From assembly GCA_003151625.1 (NCBI GenBank), contig PLYC01000021.1, positions 16,235 to 80,234 of the forward strand: 64,000 bases of DNA. The letters are read 5' to 3'. Each line of letters starts with the position of its first letter. Position 1 is the first letter of the stretch. Source of the stretch: Candidatus Doudnabacteria bacterium. Its GTDB lineage: Bacteria; Patescibacteriota; Doudnabacteria; UBA920. Under the pieces are notes generated by a model. The model was not told the DNA's origin, searched no databases, and saw nothing but the letters and a program-made list of their open reading frames with translations. This document shows positions 36,791 to 45,167 of the stretch, one piece after another. The position numbers were made by a program, and so were the translations under genes.

Positions 36791-37270
36791 GAATACCAAG
36801 TCAATGTCAATTATCGGTTTCAAGCAGTTAATGAAAAGGAGGCAAAAGAAAAAGCTGTAAAATATTTAGCTAACACCCTAAAAGTCCAGCCAATGTCCAA
36901 GGCAGTATGCAGTCCCCTTGAGATTGCCGACCAGTGCTGGGATTTTAGGAAAAAGGACAAGGAGCACTTTTGCGTGTTCTTTTTAAATACCCAAAACCAA
37001 ATTATCAGCCGGGAGATTATTAGCATTGGAACTTTGAACGCCAGTCTAATTCACCCGCGGGAATGTTTTAGGACGGCAATATCTAAAAACTGCGCCTCAG
37101 TCATTTTTGTCCATAACCATCCAAGCGGCAGTCTAGAACCCTCGGACGAAGACATTGCCGTAACCAAGCGCCTTAAAGATGCCGGCAAACTTATCGGCAT
37201 CGAAGTTTTGGACCATGTGATTGTAACGGCTGAGTCCCATAAAAGCCTTAAGGAACAAGGCTTGGTATAA
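36788..37270 (+). CDS. RadC-like JAB-domain protein (DUF2466)
   Basis: JAMM/RadC signature 'VIFVHNHPSGSLEPSDEDIAVTKRLKDAGKLIGIEVLDHVIV'. Confidence 0.8.
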   Translation: MEYQVNVNYRFQAVNEKEAKEKAVKYLANTLKVQPMSKAVCSPLEIADQCWDFRKKDKEHFCVFFLNTQNQIISREIISIGTLNASLIHPRECFRTAISKNCASVIFVHNHPSGSLEPSDEDIAVTKRLKDAGKLIGIEVLDHVIVTAESHKSLKEQGLV

Positions 37271-37276
37271 GCCAGA

Positions 37277-38062
37277 CTAACTCTTTGAGCCCTTTTCGGT
37301 TTCGATTTTGAATTCTTCAAATTTGTTTTTATATGCAATAAAAAGATCTTGGGCCAAATCCAAAATTACTTTGGTATGTTTTTCCATTGTCGGCGATATT
37401 CTCTGACGCCTTGTTCTATAGCCTCGAGTTTTTAATAAGTTATCCGAGGTATTTATATCCATCTCGTGAATAATTTGATTCCTTACGGTAAAAGCATCTT
37501 TAAGTGCGTTCATTCTGTCAGCAGTGAATATCTTATTTGTGCTTAACCCAGAAGCGTCAGAAACCATACACAGTTGTCCAACGGACTGGAGGCTGTCTTT
37601 GGTCATACTGCTTAAGTATTCTTTTAAAAATATTTCCCTTGGATTTTGGTCTATCAAAGCCAAGGCAACTGTATTTAATATCTTTTCCGGACTCTTTTTG
37701 TCTATACCATTTTTAACGTAATTTCTAAATTTTTCTTGGGCATTTTTGTCTACAGTTATCAATTTTGAAAGTTTGGTTTTGGTCAGCTGTTTAACAAATA
37801 CGTCAAGTCCAGCGCAAGCAAAAATCAGCATTGCACGATATAGGTCTTGTTGGTAATGGGTAGATGGGCCACCCTTTGAGCCGCGTCTGATAATTTTATA
37901 CAGCAAATTGAAGTTATTAACGGACTCTGCTGTCTTTAGCAAAATATTGTATTCAAAACTAAAAAGACTGTCGTCCTTCTCAGCCGAAAGGTGAATTTTA
38001 TAAAATCCTAATTCCCGTTTTTTAACAGCCTTTTTCGCCTTACTGGATTTAAGCTTTGCCAT
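37277..38062 (-). CDS. Hypothetical 261-aa protein with a C-terminal HEPN-like Rx4HxxD motif
   Basis: 'AFTVRNQIIHEMD' resembles the HepT/HEPN motif R-N-x-x-x-H. The N-terminus is Lys-rich. Convergent with radC-like and preceded by a 112-aa ORF. Confidence 0.45.
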   Translation of the reverse strand: MAKLKSSKAKKAVKKRELGFYKIHLSAEKDDSLFSFEYNILLKTAESVNNFNLLYKIIRRGSKGGPSTHYQQDLYRAMLIFACAGLDVFVKQLTKTKLSKLITVDKNAQEKFRNYVKNGIDKKSPEKILNTVALALIDQNPREIFLKEYLSSMTKDSLQSVGQLCMVSDASGLSTNKIFTADRMNALKDAFTVRNQIIHEMDINTSDNLLKTRGYRTRRQRISPTMEKHTKVILDLAQDLFIAYKNKFEEFKIETEKGSKS

Positions 38063-38074
38063 AAAGATTTTACT

Positions 38075-38413
38075 TCAGGAAACATTATCGCCGTCAGATG
38101 GCATGGCCGTTGCAATTGCGTTGGTAAATAACGAATCACAGTGGACTAACAAAGACTCAATTAAACGCCCATGGTATATTGCGTAGACTTCGGAACTGAT
38201 AGTTTTGCTCTTAGGTTTAATAATAAAAAAGGTCAGCTCTTTGCCACTTTCTACTTCCGGACGGAACCACGCCAAATATTTCCATTGTTGCGCCGTATGT
38301 GTAAAATCGCCATCTTTATCATAAGACCAAGTGACTATTAGCCCGTCATCAATTGCCTTCTTAAAAGAGGATAGCACTTTATTCGGAGTGGAAGTTTCTA
38401 AATGTACGGCCAT
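38075..38413 (-). CDS. Hypothetical 112-aa protein, upstream partner of the HEPN-motif ORF
   Basis: ORF tightly linked to the HEPN-motif gene, with a 12-bp gap. No MNT (GSxxxGxxxxxSDxD) motif seen. Confidence 0.4.
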   Translation of the reverse strand: MAVHLETSTPNKVLSSFKKAIDDGLIVTWSYDKDGDFTHTAQQWKYLAWFRPEVESGKELTFFIIKPKSKTISSEVYAIYHGRLIESLLVHCDSLFTNAIATAMPSDGDNVS

Positions 38414-38488
38414 AAAATTTTCATTATTTATAGCACTATTTTAAAACTTTACTAATATAAAGTCAATTTTGCAAAAAAACCAATTCCT

Positions 38489-38651
38489 TTGCTTCCTTAT
38501 GGCTTCTCATTATACTGGCCGTTTACGGCCGGTCAAGGGTAAATTTCATTTATTTGCCGTGGGCCATAAAATCAATTTAATCCCTTGACTGCCGTAACCT
38601 GCGGCCAGTATATGATTGCCATAATAAGTAATCAAGAAAGGAGTTAATATG
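38489..38651 (+). promoter_or_regulatory. Conserved ~160-bp intergenic module, copy B
   Basis: See copy A. Hairpin 'ctggccgtttacggccgg' here versus 'ctggatcccgtccag' in A. A downstream 'ggccag' here versus 'tccag' in A. Confidence 0.6.
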
Positions 38652-38846
38652 CCTAAAGTCAAAAAGGCAGTTAGCAAGAGGCAGGGAATCACGCCGGAGA
38701 TGAAGTTAAACATCATCAAGGCGTCCTTGCAGAGAAGTATCAATTACTTTATGGAATTGAGACACTCTGTAGACCCCTCTTCCAGCGATTATCACGATTT
38801 CGGAAAAAAGGTTTCCGCGTATATCGCTGTAAAGCAGACAGTCTAA
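38649..38846 (+). CDS. Small hypothetical protein (65 aa) downstream of module B
   Basis: ORF with an 'aaaggag' RBS. Basic N-terminus. Confidence 0.35.
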   Translation: MPKVKKAVSKRQGITPEMKLNIIKASLQRSINYFMELRHSVDPSSSDYHDFGKKVSAYIAVKQTV

Positions 38847-38898
38847 CAAACACCAAAACAAAAACAAAAATCTTTCTTTAATTTTTAACCTTATCCCA

Positions 38899-39057
38899 AT
38901 GAAAATTATGACTGCACAGTTTGTCTACGAGATTACCTGTCCAAGATGCCAATACACATGGAGCGCTACCAAGGAAGAGACCTTTGACCTTGATATTGTG
39001 TCCTGCTCCCAATGTGGTTCCTGTGAGCTTGAAATTACCAAAAAGTTAGAAGCTTAA
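38899..39057 (+). CDS. Small zinc-ribbon protein (52 aa, 'MKIMTAQFVYEITCPRCQYTWSATKEETFDLDIVSCSQCGSCELEITKKLEA')
   Basis: Hand-translated. A CPRC...CSQCGSC four-Cys ribbon. Not in the track because it is under 60 aa. Confidence 0.3.
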   Translation: MKIMTAQFVYEITCPRCQYTWSATKEETFDLDIVSCSQCGSCELEITKKLEA

Positions 39058-39298
39058 AATCAAAACAAAAACAAAATTTTTTTATGGTCGCAAATTTGCT
39101 AAAACCTCCAAAAACGCGTTAAACTGAATTCATTAGCGGAATAAAATCACGGAATTGCCGTAATTCCTGGATTAAGAGGTTGTAATGCTGTGAACAGAAG
39201 GCTACCACAAAAGCCCGAACTTTGGTTCGGGTTTTTATTTATGGTAACTTAGACATTCCTTTGTCTTTTATGCCAAAGTCTGGTAAGTTTAATACATT

Positions 39299-40387
39299 AT
39301 GAACAAACAAATTATAGTGTTTTTGGGCATTGCCCAATTGGTGCTAATTGCTTTTAATCTGATTATTTACGGCTTGCTTTTAACTTTTTTCCCGGCGCTT
39401 GGTACGCACAAAGTAGAGGTGCTAATAACCGTGCTTTTGCTGGCAATATCATTTTTAATTTTTTCTGTACTAACTTTCAAATACGAAAATATTGTTCTAA
39501 GAATCGGTTACAAACTTTCGTCAATTTGGCTGGTTCTTGGCTTTTATTTTGTTTTGGCCTCGCTTATTGCGCTTATTATATATCTGCTATCCCCCATCAA
39601 CTTGTTATATTATGGTCTGGCCGCAGTGTTTGTTAGCTCGGTTTTAACTATTTACGGACTTATCAATGCCCGGGTGACCAGACTCACGAAGATAAAAATC
39701 AGCCTCCCCAACCTGCCGGCATACTGGAAAGACAAAAGCGCCATAATGGTTTCCGATTTGCACTTAGGCCAGGTCTTGCGAAAAGGTTTTGCCAATAAAA
39801 TCATAAATTTAATAAACCGCGAAAGTCCGGAAATAGTTTTTATTCCGGGAGACTTTTACGACGGCGTGCATACGGGATTTCAAAATTTAGCCAATGAATT
39901 TAAAAAAATCAGCGCGCCCCAAGGCATATATTTTTGTTCCGGCAATCACGAAATGTTCGCTGGCTACGGGCAATGTGAACAGGCATTAAGAGGCGCGGGC
40001 ATAAAAATTTTGGAAAATCAAAAAGTGGAAATCCAGGGACTCCAAATTGCCGGTGTGTCTTACAAACACGATGTTATGCCCGATTTGTCCCAGACTCTAC
40101 AAAATATAAGCCTCGATAAAAATAAGCCCAGTGTTTTACTCAAACACGTACCGCTGCAGTTAAAGGAGGTTTGGGAAGCCGGTTTTAACCTGGTGCTGTG
40201 CGGCCATTCCCACCATGGTCAAATATGGCCGGGCAGGCTAATTACCAAGCGCTACTTTAAAGGTTTTGATTACGGTTTAAAAACCTTTAACAATTTACTG
40301 GTTTACACCAGTAGCGGAGCAGGCACCTGGGGTCCGCCCATGCGCATATTTACCAAATCCGAAGTTGTCAAAATAATATTTATATGA
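39299..40387 (+). CDS. Membrane-anchored calcineurin-like metallophosphoesterase
   Basis: N-terminal multi-TM region, then 'MVSDLHLG', 'FIPGDFYDG', 'CSGNHE' and 'GHSHHGQ' phosphoesterase motifs. Confidence 0.75.
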   Translation: MNKQIIVFLGIAQLVLIAFNLIIYGLLLTFFPALGTHKVEVLITVLLLAISFLIFSVLTFKYENIVLRIGYKLSSIWLVLGFYFVLASLIALIIYLLSPINLLYYGLAAVFVSSVLTIYGLINARVTRLTKIKISLPNLPAYWKDKSAIMVSDLHLGQVLRKGFANKIINLINRESPEIVFIPGDFYDGVHTGFQNLANEFKKISAPQGIYFCSGNHEMFAGYGQCEQALRGAGIKILENQKVEIQGLQIAGVSYKHDVMPDLSQTLQNISLDKNKPSVLLKHVPLQLKEVWEAGFNLVLCGHSHHGQIWPGRLITKRYFKGFDYGLKTFNNLLVYTSSGAGTWGPPMRIFTKSEVVKIIFI

Positions 40388-40434
40388 TAACAAAAAAATC
40401 CGCCAAAAGAGGCGGAATTTTTTTATGTAAGATT

Positions 40435-40938
40435 TTATTGCATTCCACCCTGAGTTAAAGTATGAGACCCCGGCCCCAATGCCCCAACTTTTGTTCCTAT
40501 ACAAAAAGTAATAATATAAGTAGTGGTTACTAACTGAGTTCCGGCGACATTGGCATATATATAATAATCATTGGTGCCATTGCCCGGCCCACCGCCGCAA
40601 GTGCCGTCGGAAGGAAGCACTGTTTTGGGCATCGAACTTAAATAATTCGGGACTAAAAGTCCGGCAATAGTGCCGTTGCCTAGAGCTGCGCCGGGTGTAA
40701 TGGTCGGGTAGCTGTTTTTGTCATTAAAATAAAGTTCAAATGCTTTGGCTAACTGGTTCATATCCGCGACCCTTTTGGCGTCTCTAGCTTTAGTCCTGGC
40801 ACCATTTAGCGCCACTAAAACAACGGAAGCCAAAAGACCAATAATGGCAATAACCACTAAAAGTTCAATTAGGGTAAATCCAGCACCACTTTTTGATTTA
40901 TTTTTAGTATATTTATTTGCAAAGAAAAATCCGACCAT
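40435..40938 (-). CDS. Type IV pilin / pseudopilin-like protein with a class III signal peptide (the ORF extends to 41022; the likely start is at MVGFFF)
   Basis: Prepilin motif 'G|[24 protein letters not shown]' with Glu at +5. Confidence 0.7.
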   Translation of the reverse strand: MVGFFFANKYTKNKSKSGAGFTLIELLVVIAIIGLLASVVLVALNGARTKARDAKRVADMNQLAKAFELYFNDKNSYPTITPGAALGNGTIAGLLVPNYLSSMPKTVLPSDGTCGGGPGNGTNDYYIYANVAGTQLVTTTYIITFCIGTKVGALGPGSHTLTQGGMQ

Positions 40939-41078
40939 TGATAAACACGACCCTAGCCGCTGTTTCAAAGAGTGGTGCTGGGTAAATCCCTGCATATTAT
41001 GATTGATTTTTTTTGTTTCCATTAAAATCTTAAAATAAGTCCGTTCTTATTATAGCACGAAATAAATAAAATTATCCA

Positions 41079-41654
41079 CTATTGGATAATTTTATCTATA
41101 ATTCCATATTTTTTAGCCTCGTCCGCGGTCATAAAATAGTCTCGGTCGGTATCTTTTTCTATCTTACTTATAGGCTGATTCGTGTGTTTGGCTAAAATGG
41201 CGTTTATTTGATTTTTAATGCGCATCATTTCTCTGGCCTGAATTTCCACGTCCTTTTGCTGGCCTTCCACCCCGCCCATTACCTGATGGATAAGTACGCG
41301 AGCATTGGGCAAGGAAAAACGCTTGCCTTTGGCACCGCAAGCAAGTAAGACAGCGGCGGCCGAAGCGGCCTGTCCCAAACAAATGGTGGAAACATCGGCT
41401 TTAACGTGCTGCATGGTGTCATAAAGAGCCATGGCAGAGGTAACCGACCCGCCCGGGGAATTTATATATAATTTAATGTCTTCTTTGCTGGTTTCGGCGT
41501 CTAAAAATAGCAATTGCGCTATTAGAGTATTGGCAACCGCGTCGTCTATTGGTTCGCCCAAAAAAATAATTCTTTCTTTGAGCAAACGGCTGTAAATATC
41601 GTAAGCCCTCTCCCCCATTGAGGACTTCTCAATCACCATCGGTACTAGAGGCAT
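41079..41654 (-). CDS. clpP: ATP-dependent Clp protease proteolytic subunit
   Basis: '[15 protein letters not shown]', the active-site Ser in '[13 protein letters not shown]', and 'LIHQVMGG'. Confidence 0.9.
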   Translation of the reverse strand: MPLVPMVIEKSSMGERAYDIYSRLLKERIIFLGEPIDDAVANTLIAQLLFLDAETSKEDIKLYINSPGGSVTSAMALYDTMQHVKADVSTICLGQAASAAAVLLACGAKGKRFSLPNARVLIHQVMGGVEGQQKDVEIQAREMMRIKNQINAILAKHTNQPISKIEKDTDRDYFMTADEAKKYGIIDKIIQ

Positions 41655-41782
41655 AGGAGTAGTTGTTAGTAATTAGTTGTTAGTTTGTAGCGTGCCGATT
41701 TATCGGCTGCATTATTAATCAAAGAGGTTTGATTCTAATCTTTCTGACATTATAAAATTAGAACAGTTAGGTCAATTATAAA

Positions 41783-42997
41783 CTATTCCTTAGTTTCATC
41801 AGCTTTAACTTCTTCAACTGCTACCGCTTCTTTTGAAGCTTCCGATGTTTCCGCAACAGTTTCCTCGCCACCTAGTTTTTCCCCGTTAATATCTATTTTC
41901 CATCCCGTCAAACGCGCGGCGAGGCGGACGTTTTGTCCGGCTTTGCCAATGGCTAAAGACAACTGATCTTCTAACACGCCGACTTTGGCTTCTTTGGCTT
42001 GGTCGTTTAATTGGACGTTTAAAATTTTGGCCGGTGAAAGAGCGTTGGCAATAAATTTTACCTGGTCATCGGAAAATTCTATAATATCAATTTTCTCCCC
42101 GCCCAGTTCGGCCATTACGGTTTGCACTCGGCTGCCCTTTTGCCCCACGCAACTGCCAATTGGGTCTATGCCGTCCTGGTTACTAAACACGGCAATTTTG
42201 GAGCGCGAACCCGCTTCCCTGGCCAGGGCTTTAATTTCCACACTGCCGTTAAAAATTTCCGGCACTTCCAGTTCAAAAAGCTTGCGCACCATATCGGGAT
42301 GCGAACGGGACAAAGTAATTTTTGGCCCCTTAGTAGCCGGTTCAACATGGAGGATTAAAACTTTTATGCGCTGGCCAATGGTATATTTTTCCCCGCGAAT
42401 TTGCTCGCTGGGGAACAGCACGCCGGCGGCTTTGCCTAAGTCTACCAGCACGGTGTCGCCTTCCACTCTCTGGACAACCCCGTTTTGCAAAGTGCGCTCT
42501 TTGGCTTTGAAATCGGAAAACTGAACATTTCTTTCGGCTTCGCGTAATTTTTGGATAATAACCTGCTTGGCGGTTTGCGCGGCAATGCGGCCGTACGAGG
42601 TGCCGGTTTTGGGAGTGATTTCCGTGCGGATTTCGTCACCGACTTTGTGTTTATGAGATTTTTTTCCGCCGGTCGTTCGAGACCCTGAGGGGTCCTCAGA
42701 CCCCCGAAGGGAGGAGGATCCGCCTTTGGCGGAAATTTCCTGCGCCGCTTCCAGGGTAATGAATTTTTGGGGGTCTTCTTCCGCCTCGGTCTCGGTTTCT
42801 ACCACGGTTTTTACGTCAAAAACTTTGGTAGCCATATTCTCCGGGTCAAATTCCACCACAATATTCTGGTTCTTCTCGCCGTAATCTTTCCGGAAAGCCG
42901 CGGCCAAAGACGCTTCTATCATAGAAACTAAATCCTGGCGGCTAATGCCTTTTTCTTCTGCTATTTGGTCTAAAGCTTGTTCTAGCTGTTCGTTCAT
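41783..42997 (-). CDS. nusA: Transcription termination/antitermination factor NusA, carrying an in-frame repeat-element insertion in the N-terminal linker
   Basis: S1 'VVQRVEGDTVLVDLG', and KH domains 'GSRSKIAVFS' and 'IGSCVGQKGSRVQTVMAELGGEKIDII'. The insert 'GGSSSLRGSEDPSGSRTTGGK' is shared with tsaD. Confidence 0.9.
   Translation of the reverse strand: MNEQLEQALDQIAEEKGISRQDLVSMIEASLAAAFRKDYGEKNQNIVVEFDPENMATKVFDVKTVVETETEAEEDPQKFITLEAAQEISAKGGSSSLRGSEDPSGSRTTGGKKSHKHKVGDEIRTEITPKTGTSYGRIAAQTAKQVIIQKLREAERNVQFSDFKAKERTLQNGVVQRVEGDTVLVDLGKAAGVLFPSEQIRGEKYTIGQRIKVLILHVEPATKGPKITLSRSHPDMVRKLFELEVPEIFNGSVEIKALAREAGSRSKIAVFSNQDGIDPIGSCVGQKGSRVQTVMAELGGEKIDIIEFSDDQVKFIANALSPAKILNVQLNDQAKEAKVGVLEDQLSLAIGKAGQNVRLAARLTGWKIDINGEKLGGEETVAETSEASKEAVAVEEVKADETKE
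42667..42733 (-). repeat. Palindromic ~63-bp element inserted in-frame in nusA
   Basis: 'ggcggatcc.cctcccttcg.gggtctgaggacccctcagggtctcgaacgaccggcgg' is near-identical to 53751-53815 in tsaD. Confidence 0.7.
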
Positions 42998-43004
42998 TTT
43001 AATA

Positions 43005-43083
43005 CAAACTAATTAACACGGATTTAGAAACGAATGAACACGGATCTGTGTTAATTCGTCTGCGATATTAGTGTTCATCCGTG
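43005..43083. repeat. About 80-bp promoter-proximal repeat, copy 1, upstream of nusA
   Basis: 'caaactaattaacacggatttagaaacgaat.aacac.gatc.gtgtt.attcgt.tgc..tattagtgtt.at.cgt' is shared with 44066-44146. Confidence 0.6.
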
Positions 43084-43158
43084 GTTTCTAATAAAAAAGA
43101 TGAGCATCGCTCATCCAATGAATCTGTACAATCTTTTCTTCAACTGGTAACTGTAAAC

Positions 43159-43578
43159 TTAATTCCAGTCTTCAACTGCATTCGGTATTATTATAGCAGG
43201 TTTAAAGGTTTTGTCAAACTCTCCATATTCCATTAAACATACGTCAATTTGAGGCCTAAATTCAAGCATTTTCGGATTTCGCAAAAAATACATTTTTATG
43301 GCTCGCAAAAGTTTTTGCTGTTTGTAAATATTTACCGATTCCACTCCCTTCCCAAACTTGTCCGCGCCCGCAGTCCTGGTTTTAACTTCCACAAAGACAA
43401 TGGAGTGTTTATCTTTGGCGATAAAGTCTATCTCACCCAAGCGCTTGCCCTTTTTATTGTACTCGTTTCTGGCAATAATTTTGTAACCCAGTTTTTTATA
43501 TTCTTCCTGCGCGGCTTCCTCCCCAAGCTGGCCAAGGGTTTTTGGATTTTTATTTTTCGATGTAAACCATCTTGGCAT
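43159..43578 (-). CDS. YraN/UPF0102-family endonuclease-like protein
   Basis: 'GEEAAQEEYKKLGYKIIARNEYNKKGKRLGEIDFIAKDKHSIVFVEVKTR' is a UPF0102 signature. Confidence 0.65.
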   Translation of the reverse strand: MPRWFTSKNKNPKTLGQLGEEAAQEEYKKLGYKIIARNEYNKKGKRLGEIDFIAKDKHSIVFVEVKTRTAGADKFGKGVESVNIYKQQKLLRAIKMYFLRNPKMLEFRPQIDVCLMEYGEFDKTFKPAIIIPNAVEDWN

Positions 43579-43661
43579 AAAAATTTCTACTAAATACTAA
43601 AAAAACTAAAATACTAAATCGGCCAGCTTTCGTATTTCGTTACTTTAATATTTAGTAGAGG

Positions 43662-44060
43662 TTATTTAGGTAAATATTTCAGCCTCACCTGCTCTTTTTC
43701 CCAAACGTCTTTTTCTTTTTTATAATTTTTAAGCATACCGGTTAAAATTGCAACCAGCCAAACAAGTCCGATTAAAACAATTAATAAAGCCACAAAATGG
43801 GTGCCAAAAAACATGGCATTTTCATAACGGCACAGGTACCATAAAATTTCCACAAGCCCAATGCTCAAAAACAAATGATAAAACTTCTGCCTGTATTTGC
43901 CGTCCACGGGATTGGGCGCCAAAATCGAAGAAATTTTTAGCACAATGCTCAACAAAATTAAAATAACCCCACTCAAAAAAAACAGCTTTTCCCGCGGGCT
44001 AATGAAAGCTGTATTTATTTGAAAAAGGTTTTGGTAAGTAAATAACTGTTTTATGTTCAT
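43662..44060 (-). CDS. Hypothetical membrane protein (3-4 TM)
   Basis: Hydrophobic ORF. Preceded by repeat copy 2. Confidence 0.4.
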   Translation of the reverse strand: MNIKQLFTYQNLFQINTAFISPREKLFFLSGVILILLSIVLKISSILAPNPVDGKYRQKFYHLFLSIGLVEILWYLCRYENAMFFGTHFVALLIVLIGLVWLVAILTGMLKNYKKEKDVWEKEQVRLKYLPK

Positions 44061-44065
44061 ATAAA

Positions 44066-44146
44066 TTCAAACTAATTAACACGGATTTAGAAACGAATTT
44101 ACACAGATCAGTGTTCATTCGTTTGCAGTATTAGTGTTTATTCGTT
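44066..44146. repeat. About 80-bp promoter-proximal repeat, copy 2
   Basis: See 43005-43083. Confidence 0.6.
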
Positions 44147-44150
44147 ATTG

Positions 44151-44678
44151 CTACTTCTCGTACAATACCGCGTAGTGATAGCCATCGGCCTGGAGGTCTT
44201 TGTCTTTTCGGAAACCCGCGGACTGCAGCATAATTTCCAGTTTTTCCTGATCCAATCTCTTGTCCAGCGGCGGACCAAAAGGAGTGGCGGTGCGTTTCCA
44301 TTCTACCGCGACCACGCGCCCGCCGGATTTTAACACGCGATAAATGTTTTTAATCAATTCCTGTTTTTGGTCTATTTCGTGCAAAATACTGCCAATAATA
44401 ACCAAGTCGCAGGAGCCGGGCAAAATATCCAAAAGCGGTTTGCTTAAATTGGCCTGAATAACCCGCACATTTTTATATCCAAACTGGTTGGCAATGGAAA
44501 TTGTGGCGGCCAATTTAACCGTTTGTACGTCAACCGCGTAAACCGTTCCGGTGGGGCCAATCATTTGCGCGGCCGGTAAAACATAAAACCCGTTGCCGCA
44601 GCCCAAGTCTGCCACTGTCTGGCCCATCATAAGCCCTGTTTGCGCCATAACAGCGCTTGGATTTAAAAATTGACTCAT
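44151..44678 (-). CDS. Class I SAM-dependent methyltransferase
   Basis: Motif I 'VADLGCGNGFY', with acidic motifs II/III. Confidence 0.7.
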   Translation of the reverse strand: MSQFLNPSAVMAQTGLMMGQTVADLGCGNGFYVLPAAQMIGPTGTVYAVDVQTVKLAATISIANQFGYKNVRVIQANLSKPLLDILPGSCDLVIIGSILHEIDQKQELIKNIYRVLKSGGRVVAVEWKRTATPFGPPLDKRLDQEKLEIMLQSAGFRKDKDLQADGYHYAVLYEK

Positions 44679-44747
44679 ATAATTTTCTAAGAGAAAATTA
44701 GTGTGGATTAACTTTTGTTTCCTGATGAAACCTTTGTTGTTTATTAC

Positions 44748-45167
44748 TTACTTTAAAGCACCAATTACAGCTTTTAAGTATTCAGTGTAAGCCGGGATGA
44801 AAGAATTTTTTATGGAATCGTAAAATTTTCTGTTGTCTAACTCAAAATCATACTCATGGACAAGCCCATTGCGCAAACTCACGGAATCGACAAGTTTTTT
44901 ACACAAATCTCCCCCTATTATACCTAATTTATTCAGCCATTGAAAGGAATCTTTGTAAGTGTCCGGCGTTTTACCCTGTTTTTGCTGGACAATACTACTG
45001 TTAATGTCGCTAGACAACTCAACTAATAATTCCAAATTTCGCTCGCTAGACCTTATTAAAGTTACTGTTTTGTCAAAAACTTCAAACTCAACATCCGTCC
45101 ATTCCTTTAGTTCCTGAATGAACGAATGGATTTGTTCCGACTTTTTTTCTATAATTTCGTTACCCAT
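44748..45167 (-). CDS. hepT: HepT-like HEPN toxin (DUF86)
   Basis: 'LRNGLVHEYD' is the Rx4HxY HEPN motif. 139 aa. Overlaps the upstream MNT gene by 8 bp. Confidence 0.75.
   Translation of the reverse strand: MGNEIIEKKSEQIHSFIQELKEWTDVEFEVFDKTVTLIRSSERNLELLVELSSDINSSIVQQKQGKTPDTYKDSFQWLNKLGIIGGDLCKKLVDSVSLRNGLVHEYDFELDNRKFYDSIKNSFIPAYTEYLKAVIGALK

Noticed and set aside
38075-38413. MntA-type (MNT) antitoxin identity for the 112-aa partner of the HEPN-motif ORF
   Set aside because: It lacks the GSx9-11SDxD nucleotidyltransferase motif that is clearly present in the bona fide mntA at 45160-45525.
41072-41089. DnaA-box-like inverted pair TTATCCACTATTGGATAA between clpP and the pilin gene (possible oriC)
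   Set aside because: Only two overlapping boxes, with a non-consensus last base. There is no dnaA or dnaN nearby and no AT-rich DUE cluster. It is insufficient to call an origin.
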